Source: Lophium mytilinum
Lineage: Eukaryota
Direction: 5' to 3'
NCBI GenBank assembly: GCA_010093605.1
Contig: MU004183.1
Location: 248,001 to 312,000 of the forward strand
Length of the DNA: 64,000 nucleotides
The notes beneath the pieces are model-generated. The model was given only the letters and a program-made list of their open reading frames with translations. It ran no database searches and was not told the origin of the DNA. The position numbers and the translations under genes are program-made. This document shows, one piece after another, positions 47,230 through 57,835 of the stretch; within the stretch, counting starts at the first letter, position 1; each line of letters opens with the position of its first letter.

Positions 47230-48731
47230 GGTGACGGTTCCGGTATGTGTAACTCTGGAGGGAATCAACATTAGTATAAAGCTTCAAGGAAAAACAAGAA
47301 CTCCAAGAACAGGATAACGACATCCAAAGAGTAAAGAACTTGAATATGCAATGAATAAGAAAAGCGAAGGCAGGCATCGGTCGGTGTTATTCCCAAAAGG
47401 TCAGCTGGAGGCTGTGCACCACACATGCATACTAGTGCGGATCTCTTCTTGGGGCTGAAACCCAAAGCGTCTACAGCGCATGGACATTTGGGGCCAGTAC
47501 GGGTGACAAAGGCAACACGTAGGTCGGACTAGAATAGTGACAGGCGCGGTACGGGACATGCCAAGCTTCATGTTACTGCTGGCGTAGCTGAAGTAGCCTC
47601 GAGTGGAATACGTAACATCGCCCACTGAATAGAAACAACTTGAAGGACGCGTTATAGACCTAGCAGCTACGCACACTGTTGACCTTGGGGAGCGTGCGGA
47701 GGGTTCTTCAACTGATCCTGAGGGATTGACGAAAGCCTGGGAATATCGATGCAACACGCGCCAAAAAGAGAACTCGAGAGAAGCGAAAGTATGCTTACCG
47801 TTTGCAGCAGGGTGGCCTCCAAAAATGCGCCTAAGCATGTGACTTACACGCTGAAGAGTAGGCTTCGATGTTGCGCCGGCGACGGTGTTAGGTAAAGAAA
47901 GGAGTGTGAGAAGAAAAAGACACGAAGCAGACACGCAAGTGAAGGATAAGCGGCACCTGACGGGAAGACGCGCTGGACGTATTTATTTTGAGGCGCAGCA
48001 GTGGAGTGTTGCTCGTGTCTCCCTGTGCTCCCGGCAGCCCAGCTGTAGGTAAGAGGTACTCCCTGGCGCGCGGAACGGTTCGATCAAAGAAGATGGAAAC
48101 GTTTCCTCCCAAGAGCTGTTGGATCGAGGGCGTCGAGGACAGATCAACAGCTTGTCCAATTAAAGCGGCTCGGAGGCTGCGATGATTGCTGTTTGCTGCA
48201 CGGTTTCAAGCACAGGGCGGGTGTTTCAGAAAGATTCAAGGCGCGTACCGCGTTGGTTGACGCAGGTTCAAGCTTATGGAAGAGCCGCAAATTGGACAGT
48301 CCTGCGCACTGGCGCTGGGATTAGAGTACTTTGTTAGTGAGCCTGCAATCGACGAAGCGATGATGCTGCATTTGAATATCAGAATGCGCGCCTAACCATG
48401 AGCCGAATATGATACAGGACGCCGAAGCCACGGTAGAATTATGGATCCCTCTTGGTGTCCTATGAGTGTTCGTGCAAAAGCAAAGGAATGAAGTAGATAT
48501 GATTCGGACAATGCTGAAGCCCGATCCGTTCCGGTCAGTTGGGTTCTATTGACGGACTTGGGGGACACGGGGACTGCAGGGTGTTGATGTTTTGGGGGGG
48601 TCGGGCTCCGTCGTCATTTTACGCGGAGCAACCCCGCCGGCTTCAACTTTAGAGCTTCCGGAATCCTCGACATACTTCACTACTTCACCCCAAACCTCCA
48701 CTGCCAGTCTATTGAAAAGAACATCGTCAGG

Positions 48732-49336
48732 ATGGCAGACTGTAAGTCAGTTAACTGTTACCAGAGAACCCAGCTAATCTCGACAGCAACCACATCCACC
48801 CCGCCTCCAGCAGCAGAAGTGTAAGCACCTCCGTAACCTCCCTCCCGAATAAGCCTCAGCTAACACCCTCAAGAACCTCCGCCCTAACACCCATCAACAT
48901 CGTCCTCCTCTCCCTCTTCGTCTTCCTCCTCTACATGCGCCTCAAGCCCGCAGCCCCCCAAACCCTCCCCCGCCCGCCCCCAGCAACCGTCTTCCGGACC
49001 TTCACCCCGCCCACGCTCCTCCCTTACAACGGCCTCAACGGCATGCCCATCTACTTCGCTGTGCGCGGCCGCGTCTTCGACGTCACGTCCGGCCGCAACT
49101 TCTACGGCCCCGGCGGGCCCTATGCCAATTTCGCCGGCCGGGACGCTAGCCGAGGTCTTGCGTGCGGCAGCTTCGATGAGGAGATGCTGACGAAGGACTT
49201 GGAGGGGCCGTTGGACAAACTTGAGGATCTCGGGGATGAGGAGATGGAGGCGCTTCAAGGGTGGGAGGAGCGGTTCTCAGAGAAGTATTTGGTGGTGGGC
49301 AAGATCGTGCCGGTTGGGAGCGAGGAGGCGGACTAG
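48732..49336 (+). CDS. DAP1: Membrane-associated progesterone receptor / cytochrome b5-like heme-binding protein
   Basis: Exons 48732-48741, 48787-48820, 48874-49336. N-terminal hydrophobic helix, then AVRGRVFDVTSGRNFYGPGGPYANFAGRDASRGLA. Confidence 0.9.
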
Positions 49337-49919
49337 GGGGCATGAGGGAGGAGGGTGTTGTCTGAGCAGGATATGGGAGGAGGGTATGGCGGACTTGGGG
49401 TCGAAGTGGCAGCTTGATGAGCCTATGATGCTTTCTGATGGTTGTAAGATGGGGTGTTTCGGGCATGAGTCTGCGTTCGTGGATTAGATCTCTGGGCTCA
49501 TTATGAAAAGTACTTTCTTTGGAAATAGCCAATATCCCTTTGACATGTGTGGTGCTTCTGCAGTCCTAATATATGGCTGCTTAGTGGCATCTGTAAAAGC
49601 CTTAATGGACTGAGTGGGTGGGAAAGGACGCGTCACGTGATCTCATCTATTACCATTATTGTTGCATCTTCAAAGACCGTTCTGCACTTGTAGACCACTC
49701 GGTGCAAGGTGGCCTATAATAGTAACCCTACCTTGATTCAGATTGAAAAGACTTCGAAGCACTTTCAACAAAGAAGCATAGTTCTAAATGGTTCTCCTAA
49801 AAGCCAGTCTATGAGCTCGTTGCGTCATTTGTTTTGTCTATCTGCCTAAGTAGGCATCTCCGTGATTGCTTCAAGAAGTGGATGCCGTGACCTTCATAAC
49901 TTATTTTCTAAGGCTCCTC

Positions 49920-51261
49920 CTATCGAAGTAACCGTAGGACTTTGATGAGATCTGCCGTAACGCCCATAGCCGTAACTTCGCCCCCGGCACCAGCTCCTTG
50001 GATGATCAAGGGGTTGTCACCATAGCGTTTTGTGTAGAAGCTGATGATGTTGTCGCTTCCCTTCAGTGCCGCAATAGGGTGGGAAGTATCGAACTTCTCT
50101 AGCCCCACCTTGACCTCCTTCTTCACGACATCAACGCTCCCCACGAACCTTACGACCTTGCCTTCGGACGCGGCCCCCTTCTTCAGCTCATCCATTTTGC
50201 CATCAAACTCGCCGAGGCGCTGTAAGAATTCATCGCCGCTCTTGCACCCTTCAAGCTCAGACGGAATCAGGCTCTGGACAGGGAATGAAGTGGAACTCTC
50301 TACTGGAAGTCCGGCCAACCTCGCCAAGATGGTCAACTTCCGCGCGACATCTTGCCCGTTCAAGTCATCTCTTGGGTCCGGCTCGGTGTACCCGAGTTCC
50401 TTCGCCTTCTTGACCTCGGCCGAAAAGGAGCCTCCTCCGCCACCAACAGGCATAAAGCTGTTGAACAGGAAGCTCATAGTGCCCGAGAAGACACCCTCGA
50501 TTCTGTACACCTCGTCGCCCGTCTCAACAAGCTCTTTGAGTGTGGAGAGGACGGGCAGTCCGGCTCCAACGCTGCTCTCATGGAACACGTACCCGCCGAT
50601 CCCGCTACCGTTGGACGCGGCCCCGAAGATGTTTTGCCATAGCTCGTAGCTACCCGAGAACGCCTTTTTGTTCGGCGTGACGATGTTGATGCCCTTCTTC
50701 AAGAACAGCGGGTAGGCTTCTGCGAGGGTCTCATTGCTGGTGTTGTCCACCAATACAACCTTGTTTGGTGCTTTAGAGAGGTATTCGGCAAGATCGGAGA
50801 AGGAGGGAGGTGTTGTGGTAGAAGCAGCAAGGTCTTTCTCCCAGCTGTCGAGGTGAATCGGGTGGTAATCGGTGCTGGAGATGAACTTCCTGCTTGTGGA
50901 GAGAACTATAGTGGAGAGGTAGATCGGCGAAGAGGCGTCCTGGCAGAGCTTAGAGCCTAGGAAGTGGAGTTGGGAAAGGAATGTACGGCCGACGCCGCCA
51001 GTGCCTGTGAATGAGGTTGTTAGATAGTTGAAATTGGTTTAAAACACGAACAGATGATAGTATGACAGTATGAGAGTGCAGTCGATAAAAGCATGTGCTC
51101 AGGCTCCTCTCTTACAACTTTTACGTTGCATTTAGGGTGTAGAAAGCCCATCGAGGTACCCCAAGCAGTAGTAAGAAGTAACCAGAAATTAGGAATATGA
51201 GGATACTGAGGAAAGGGGTCCTACCTATGACTGCAATGAAGACTTGTTTGGGGTGAAACAT
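49920..51261 (-). CDS. HOM6: Homoserine dehydrogenase
   Basis: Exons 51261-51225 and 51004-49920. Rossmann motif IAVIGTGGVG spans the intron. Also TPNKK, ESSVGAGLP, GYTEPDPRDDLNG, GAGAGGEVTA. Confidence 0.95.
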
Positions 51262-51547
51262 GGTGAGGAAGTTGATAAGTGGAAAGTAGGGCTTCAATTG
51301 CCTTTTATAGTTATCTATCTGAAAGTATCTCCACCCGCGGATGACGTATACAGCAAAGTAGAAAGCCTAGATGGTGTTTTATTTTCGGGATGCTGGTGGG
51401 GTGATGTTTTTCAATCCCCGCTACTCCGTGCTCGGCGGAGGTGGGAAAGAAGGGCTCCGTAAATCCACCAAATCCCGCAACCACTTGTCGTCGCCGGCCA
51501 CCCCAAACATCACCAACCCCCATCACTCACTTATCGGGGACCCCACG

Positions 51548-52543
51548 ATGACAAGCAAAGACTCCTCGCTCTACGGCATCCGGCCAAAGGGCAGGGCCGC
51601 TGCAAAAGAAATATCCTCGTCCAGCTCGCTCGCCTTTACGTCACAGCTCTCCACGCTGATCGCTGCCTCAAATACCTCATCCAAGCCAGGCGCTGGCCGT
51701 CCGCGACCGAAGAAAGCCGATATCTTCTCAACACACAACAAGGGCGTGAATAAGCGCGCGCTGAAGGACCTCGACGACGCCGACTTTGAGCAGAAACATA
51801 GCACCTCCAGCGCGCCGCTCGACGACTCAACATGGCACCGCTCGAAGAGGAAGATGCAAGAGAAAGCCCGAATCTACGCGGCGTTGAAGCGCGGGGACAT
51901 CGAGGACCTCGAGGATAACCATCTCGTGGACTTTGATACAAAGATCGTGGAGGCGGAGGACAGGGGCGACGTGGATAAAGACACGTCCTCTGACGATGGG
52001 GCCGACAGCGAAGGCGAGGAGCTCGTAGAGTTCATAGACGAATTCGGCCGGACACGACGGGGTACGCGGACTCAGATGATAATCAACGAGAGACACAAGC
52101 AGATGTTGGAGGCCGACAGGCCGGACAGGTTTACAGCAAGGCCGATGGCACCAGCGAACATCATATACGGGGATACGATTCAGACTGCGGCATTCAACCC
52201 AGACGAAACTATTGCACAGCAGATGGCCGCGCTAGCAGCGAAGAGGGATAAGGAGTTGACGCCGCCGCCCGCTGAGCATTTTGATAGCCGGAAGGAGATT
52301 AGAACGAAAGGCGTGGGCTTCTTTCAGTTCTCGGCAGATGAGGCGACGAGGAATAAGGAGATGGCTGCTCTAGAAAAGGAGCGGGAGGACACGGAACGGA
52401 GTCGAAGGGAGCGGGAGAAGAGGAAGGAAGAGCGGAAGAAGCAGGTCGAGGCGAGGAAGAAGATTATCCAGGATAAGCGTGGGAAGGCTCAGGCGAACAA
52501 GTTCCTTGCGGATCTCTCTGAAGAGCTATTGAAAGGAGAGTAG
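51548..52543 (+). CDS. CCDC174/DUF4078-like coiled-coil protein
   Basis: Likely ATG at 51548. Motifs RSKRKMQEKARIYAALKRG, LVDFD, EFIDEFGRTR, HFDSRKEIRTKGVGFFQFS. Confidence 0.8.
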   Translation: MTSKDSSLYGIRPKGRAAAKEISSSSSLAFTSQLSTLIAASNTSSKPGAGRPRPKKADIFSTHNKGVNKRALKDLDDADFEQKHSTSSAPLDDSTWHRSKRKMQEKARIYAALKRGDIEDLEDNHLVDFDTKIVEAEDRGDVDKDTSSDDGADSEGEELVEFIDEFGRTRRGTRTQMIINERHKQMLEADRPDRFTARPMAPANIIYGDTIQTAAFNPDETIAQQMAALAAKRDKELTPPPAEHFDSRKEIRTKGVGFFQFSADEATRNKEMAALEKEREDTERSRREREKRKEERKKQVEARKKIIQDKRGKAQANKFLADLSEELLKGE

Positions 52544-53110
52544 GGGCAGGGTTCCAGATGGCACAGGGAGTTGCACGAGTTACTAAGATACCCAATCAAC
52601 ATGATTTCTCCTTCTTAACGACGGTCTATATGGACGCATCATCCTATTTATTACTTTCCCTATACACTCATATTCGCTTTTCTGTCCTTCTAGAATGCTG
52701 GCATGGCAAAAACCTTCACTGTCTTCTCTGGCTACATCTGTTTCCTCGTCCATGGGCTTGTTCTTTCACCTCTTCATTCCGCTTAGGCAGAGTTGCTCAT
52801 GACAAATTGCAGCCGTTCTGCGCTTTGTACGACTACTTTCGAGGCAGGTATTCTAGGAAGGAGATGACGACAAAAATTGGTCGAGGCGCTCATTGCATCT
52901 GCAGAACTCGCATTGTGTGAGGAGTACGAGATAAAGGGCACAGTAAGAACACAAAGAATCCCTCGATCATGGTGGATTATTTATCCACAATACGCTACCG
53001 CCCTTGAAACAAAGCATTGTTCAATTCACCTCTCGACAGACATAATCTCTTCAAGATGACCAAACCTCATTCTTCCTCTATACACGTTTTCTCGTTGTTG
53101 GATCATCAAG

Positions 53111-53737
53111 ATGCCTTTCCACCTCTGCCACAAGGACGGGAAGCCCGACCCCAACGAACAAACATCCGAACCCAAGAATGCTAGACATATGAGGGAAGGG
53201 ATTCGTCGGGTCAAATTCCCAGCCGACCACAAAGGACAAGTCTCCCAGATTAACCGAGTTGGAATTGGAAAAGAACAAACACATCAGGCCTCCAAAACAG
53301 ACGGAGCTGAAATTGAGAAGGAGCATATACGTCAGATCAAACTCCGGGAATGCCGCGACCTCTGCGATGACCTGCGCAAAGAGGTTGATGCCCAAAGAAT
53401 GGTCGACCGCAACTTCCGTCCTGGATCGAAATATCACGCTGAGGCTCGTGAGCAACAGACCCGGATCGCGCAATTTCTCCAGATGACTGAGAAAGAGAGA
53501 GATGCAATGTCAGTGGGAACCCTTAGAAGGTATATTGCTCTAGGAAATCGCCTCCGGTGTCTAAACCAGTCTGAGGTAAGGTTCAAGGACCCGCCGTTCA
53601 CGATCAGGACTAGCTTCTCTCAAGTAGATTGGGGTCGGCCGACAACTAGGAATCAAAGCCCACCGACTAGCCCGAATGGCCCGTTTAGGGAGCCTTCAGG
53701 TACTTCGGGGGAGTTGGGCTTCCAAAAACGTGCGTAG
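53111..53737 (+). CDS. Orphan protein, tandem family member A
   Basis: 208-aa ATG ORF sharing motifs with the next two ORFs. Confidence 0.65.
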   Translation: MPFHLCHKDGKPDPNEQTSEPKNARHMREGIRRVKFPADHKGQVSQINRVGIGKEQTHQASKTDGAEIEKEHIRQIKLRECRDLCDDLRKEVDAQRMVDRNFRPGSKYHAEAREQQTRIAQFLQMTEKERDAMSVGTLRRYIALGNRLRCLNQSEVRFKDPPFTIRTSFSQVDWGRPTTRNQSPPTSPNGPFREPSGTSGELGFQKRA

Positions 53738-54163
53738 GCCACTTAAACACTCATTCCCATGAACCGAAGAGAGACAGCGTACGAACTACCATCACGTCGG
53801 ATAAACTGCCACCTCGGAAGCGTGGGAAGTCATGGGACGCTCCTTGGGATACGTTGGGCTCTAGTAAACCAGCTCCGTAAGTGAATCAGGTCTTCGCTCA
53901 AAAGCCAAGTCAAACATTTCCTGCGTCACTAATTTCAGTTTAGTCTTACTTATGCGATCCTCATCTTTCAGCCTCCGAAATATCCGTAGTGTCTATCACA
54001 AATACGTCGTGATCCCGGCTCATGCACGTATGATTCACAATGCACCACATCGTGCTCTAAACAGAAAACATTGTCTCGTACATGGGGTTTTTCTCTATAT
54101 ATTCGCCTGGGCCTCTTTCCTCAGTCACACACCACTTCTACTTGAACTCTGAAAGCATACCAA

Positions 54164-54820
54164 ATGCCTTCCAACATCAGTCAGCCGTTTCGTACCCTCA
54201 GAAAATTGCCGGAAGTCTGGGCTATTTACCTACCCGAGGAGAGACGTCTCGCCAAGCTTGACGCGCTCCGGGAAATATGCAATGAGCTTCGCCGGGATGC
54301 TAGCGTTCAGAACTGGCTCGACTTGGAACTAGATTGGCCGAACACCAACTTGGCACCGGACTACTATCGCTGGCGCGTCATAACCAACAAGACGCAGTTC
54401 ATGGCTGCTGACATGGTTCAGAACGTTGATGATAATGGAGACACGATGGATGAGATCACTATTAGCATACTTCTGCGCAGGATCGATCGCTGGACCTCTC
54501 AGAATGAGTCAGATAGAGAGTTCCAGCTTGAGCCTTGTGATATCAGGGTCAATTTTCGTGAAGTAGAGTGGGATCAGCCGGCCACGAGGATTGAAAGTCC
54601 GCCGGTTAGTCCTAAGTCACAACGTCAGCCAGAGGAGCTGCCTAGAATCGAATGCCTTCATATCAGTGGTATCGAGACCAAAGATGCCGGAGATGTCTTT
54701 TCCGAAGATATTGAAGGGCATGGCAAGAACGAAACGCCATCGAATTCCACAAACGGTCGCTCAAGACAAAACGCAGTTGGAAGCCTCGACATGTTTGAGG
54801 CGCCTAAACCTCAATTTTAG
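54164..54820 (+). CDS. Orphan protein, tandem family member B
   Basis: 218-aa ATG ORF containing RLAKLDALREICNELRRD and VEWDQPATRIESPPVSP. Confidence 0.65.
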   Translation: MPSNISQPFRTLRKLPEVWAIYLPEERRLAKLDALREICNELRRDASVQNWLDLELDWPNTNLAPDYYRWRVITNKTQFMAADMVQNVDDNGDTMDEITISILLRRIDRWTSQNESDREFQLEPCDIRVNFREVEWDQPATRIESPPVSPKSQRQPEELPRIECLHISGIETKDAGDVFSEDIEGHGKNETPSNSTNGRSRQNAVGSLDMFEAPKPQF

Positions 54821-55167
54821 TAAACACGCCGGAAGATGCTGCCACTGTAGCGGCACGTCGCCTGTCAACTCATCCACATTTCTCCGCTGAGTTCTGAAAA
54901 GCTAAGTTCCTTTAGACCCTACTAAGCATCTCAATAGCACACCACAATCACCCCTAAAACTTTTTTTCTATCCTCAACGGTGCCTGAATAAACATGTTTG
55001 TCACCTCGTAGATTATCCCCGTTTTGCATCTTCAGTCATAGCAACCCATGCTATGAATCATCCGAGACCGTTCGGCGTTACCTCATACCCCTTACATTGT
55101 TAATTCACAACGTTAGCATATTTCAGCATTAGGCTCAACATAGGCCATTGTGCTGCATACACTTCCA

Positions 55168-55881
55168 ATGATAAAGTCCTCTAGGAACATGCGCAACATG
55201 TCGTTCTCCACATACTCTCTCCCATTAGTCTCCAAAAGCACGGAAAGGACGTTTCGACTTGAAATGGCGACACAGCTACCGGATCTGGAAAGAAAGTTCG
55301 CAGCATTGTCTCTGGACATGCCACCCCATCTCCCTCGCGACAATGAGGAGTCCGATCTCCAATTCTCTCCAGCATCCAATCGAGAACACTATGAGAACTC
55401 CGGCCCAGAATCTGATCTCGAATCCTTTCGGGATCTCGCTTTACGAATCCGCAATGCCAAGCTCTCTACCCTCCGCGCTCTCTGCGACGAACTCTACAAG
55501 GACATGTCAATCCAGCGCACGCTCATCAAACTTCACGAGACTAAGTTCAAGTCTTCCAAAACTTTCAAAATGCACAGCGATCAGACGGTTGAGCAATGGT
55601 ACATCACTGCTGACTTCATTCGTCATGTCGAGGAGAAAGGAGATGCTATGGATGAGGATGAGCTCGATGACAATCTGGCAAAAGGTGAGGATTTGAGAAT
55701 GAAGAATACGTACAATAGCGTGATGGTCCAGCACTACACTCGGCCCACTATACCCAAGCATAGACTCCAGAGGAAGCGGGGGCGATCTAGCCACCGGATG
55801 CGGAAGAGGACGTGGGATGATCGCAGGGCAGAGTTCGTCTCTCGTTCGCGCCGATGGAGACTCGAACAGTTACGAGAGTAA
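55168..55881 (+). CDS. Orphan protein, tandem family member C (start uncertain: 55168, 55189, 55198 or 55264)
   Basis: Contains RNAKLSTLRALCDELYKD and VEEKGDAMDE, with an Arg/Lys-rich C-terminus. Confidence 0.6.
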   Translation: MIKSSRNMRNMSFSTYSLPLVSKSTERTFRLEMATQLPDLERKFAALSLDMPPHLPRDNEESDLQFSPASNREHYENSGPESDLESFRDLALRIRNAKLSTLRALCDELYKDMSIQRTLIKLHETKFKSSKTFKMHSDQTVEQWYITADFIRHVEEKGDAMDEDELDDNLAKGEDLRMKNTYNSVMVQHYTRPTIPKHRLQRKRGRSSHRMRKRTWDDRRAEFVSRSRRWRLEQLRE

Positions 55882-56718
55882 TGGGTTCGAATTCGTAAAG
55901 TTGCTGCTCGCGAGAGACGAGAATTTTGCCGCTTGATCAAGTGGTAACCTTGGAGGTCAGACCATGAACTCAATCATCTGGAGTGTTTGTGGCAGAACGA
56001 TTCGCTTCATTCAATTCGTTCTTGTGTTCTATGAGCACCAGATAAGATACACTTGCGGGCTAACCCGTAGCTTGTATTGACTACTGCAGTTTTACTATTC
56101 GGTGGCAGAGAGCTCCAGAGCTTTCTGATACTTTTAGAATAAACCACCACTCTAGGCGTTTCTTAGATCTCATCCACCTTACCAACAAAATTTGCACAAG
56201 CTTACAAACGACACCATGAGATTCAAGGCTCAACTCAAGCTTACACCGCCACAGTTCATATTCGCTTAGAATAGCTATGGCTCGGATTTAACTCGGTTTA
56301 AACCAAGCATGCTCAGAAACAGAAGCAAAACATGTACTATGCTACCGTTATCTCTCAGAAGAGTTTGTATCGCGATGGAAATATCACCTACCAATCTCGT
56401 AAACCTTGGCAGCTTACACACTTCTTCACTGCAGCTCGAGACCGCATGACTCACGAATGCATAGAGCACTGCCTAAATGATAAGCAAAGTATATAACTAT
56501 CACCCATTCCAGTCCGAACAGAGCTTTCAAATCCCAGAACTTCCACTCCTGCTGTCTTAGCCCAATTCGTTCTTCACAAAGATAGCTGTCTCTCTATTCA
56601 AATCTACGCTTTCACCTCTCATATATCTATACTTTGTCCCTTGTCAAAAGCTTTAAACCACAACCTCATACCCCTTTCCAAAACACTTCCCGTCCCTATA
56701 TCTCGCCCTAACACAAAA

Positions 56719-57609
56719 ATGTCCGAACCCGCATCCCTCTCCCCGTCCCTGGCCTCCCGAGCCCCCTCCGCCAGCATCCACACCTCCCCCCTCCTCCCCC
56801 ACGCCCAAGACACCCAAACCCTCCACCGCTTCGCCCTCCTAACCACCTGGTTCCCCTCCGGCGTTCCCCCGGGAACCCGCATCCTCGAGCTCGGCTGCGG
56901 CCAAGGCGACACCACCGCCGCCCTCGCCCACTTCGTCGGCCCCACCGGACACATCACCGCGCTCGATCCCGCGCCGCTAGACTACGGCGCCCCGATGACG
57001 CTCGGCGAAGCACAATCCCTCTTAAGCAAGGGCGTGTACGGGGATCGAATCACATGGGTGAGAGCAGAAGTGATCGACTGGCTTGACGCGCTTGGGGAAG
57101 AGGCGGAGCTGTTCGATGCAGTGGTGCTAGCGCACTCGATCTGGTATATGGCGGGCCGCGGTGTCCTCGGGCAGATTTTTGAAGCGCTGAGGGGGAAGAC
57201 GAGGAGGGTGTGTGTTGCGGAGTGGGCGCTGCGAGCGTCGCTTCCGGCGCAACTCCCGCATGTGTTTGCGGCGCTGGCGAGGGGGGCGTTGGAGGCGCAG
57301 CGGGTGGGAAGTGAGGAGAATATCCAGAGTCCGCTGGCGCCGGTGGTGATTAAGGGGCTGGCGGAGGCGAGTGGGTGGAGGGTTGGGAGGGAGAGTGTGA
57401 TAACGCCGGTGGAGGGCATGCAGGATGGGAAGTGGGAGGTAGGCACAGTGAGGGCGGAAGTGTTTGCTGGGGATGCGGAGAGGGACGTGAGTGATGGCAG
57501 AGTGAGGGAGGTGGTGTTGAGTTTGAGGACTGCGATGATGGGAGCGTTGGGAGCCATGGGGGATGAGGAAATAAGGAGTATGGATGTCTGGGTGGCGGAT
57601 TTTGTTTGA
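56719..57609 (+). CDS. Class I SAM-dependent methyltransferase (UstM-like)
   Basis: Motif I RILELGCGQGDTT, plus GHITALDP, FDAVVLAHSIWY, VCVAEW. Confidence 0.88.
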   Translation: MSEPASLSPSLASRAPSASIHTSPLLPHAQDTQTLHRFALLTTWFPSGVPPGTRILELGCGQGDTTAALAHFVGPTGHITALDPAPLDYGAPMTLGEAQSLLSKGVYGDRITWVRAEVIDWLDALGEEAELFDAVVLAHSIWYMAGRGVLGQIFEALRGKTRRVCVAEWALRASLPAQLPHVFAALARGALEAQRVGSEENIQSPLAPVVIKGLAEASGWRVGRESVITPVEGMQDGKWEVGTVRAEVFAGDAERDVSDGRVREVVLSLRTAMMGALGAMGDEEIRSMDVWVADFV

Positions 57610-57835
57610 TGCGATTACTTTGGGGTTTGGGGGTGATTGTATTGGAGCACTGCTTTCTGACTACGGGTGAACAACAGGCCTTGATATGGTAACGCTTGGT
57701 GTGGATCCAAGCATCGTATTTACAAGACTATTTCCATGTGCGTGATTTAAGGGTGGTTGCTTTTGTGATAAGAAGTAACCAGGATATGTGGGACACGATG
57801 TGGACGCAACATTTAACAAAAATTATTATACGCGG

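Noticed and set aside
49920..57609. Long antisense ORFs such as 50044-50649 and 56982-57557
   Set aside because: They are shadows of codon bias in the real genes on the opposite strand.
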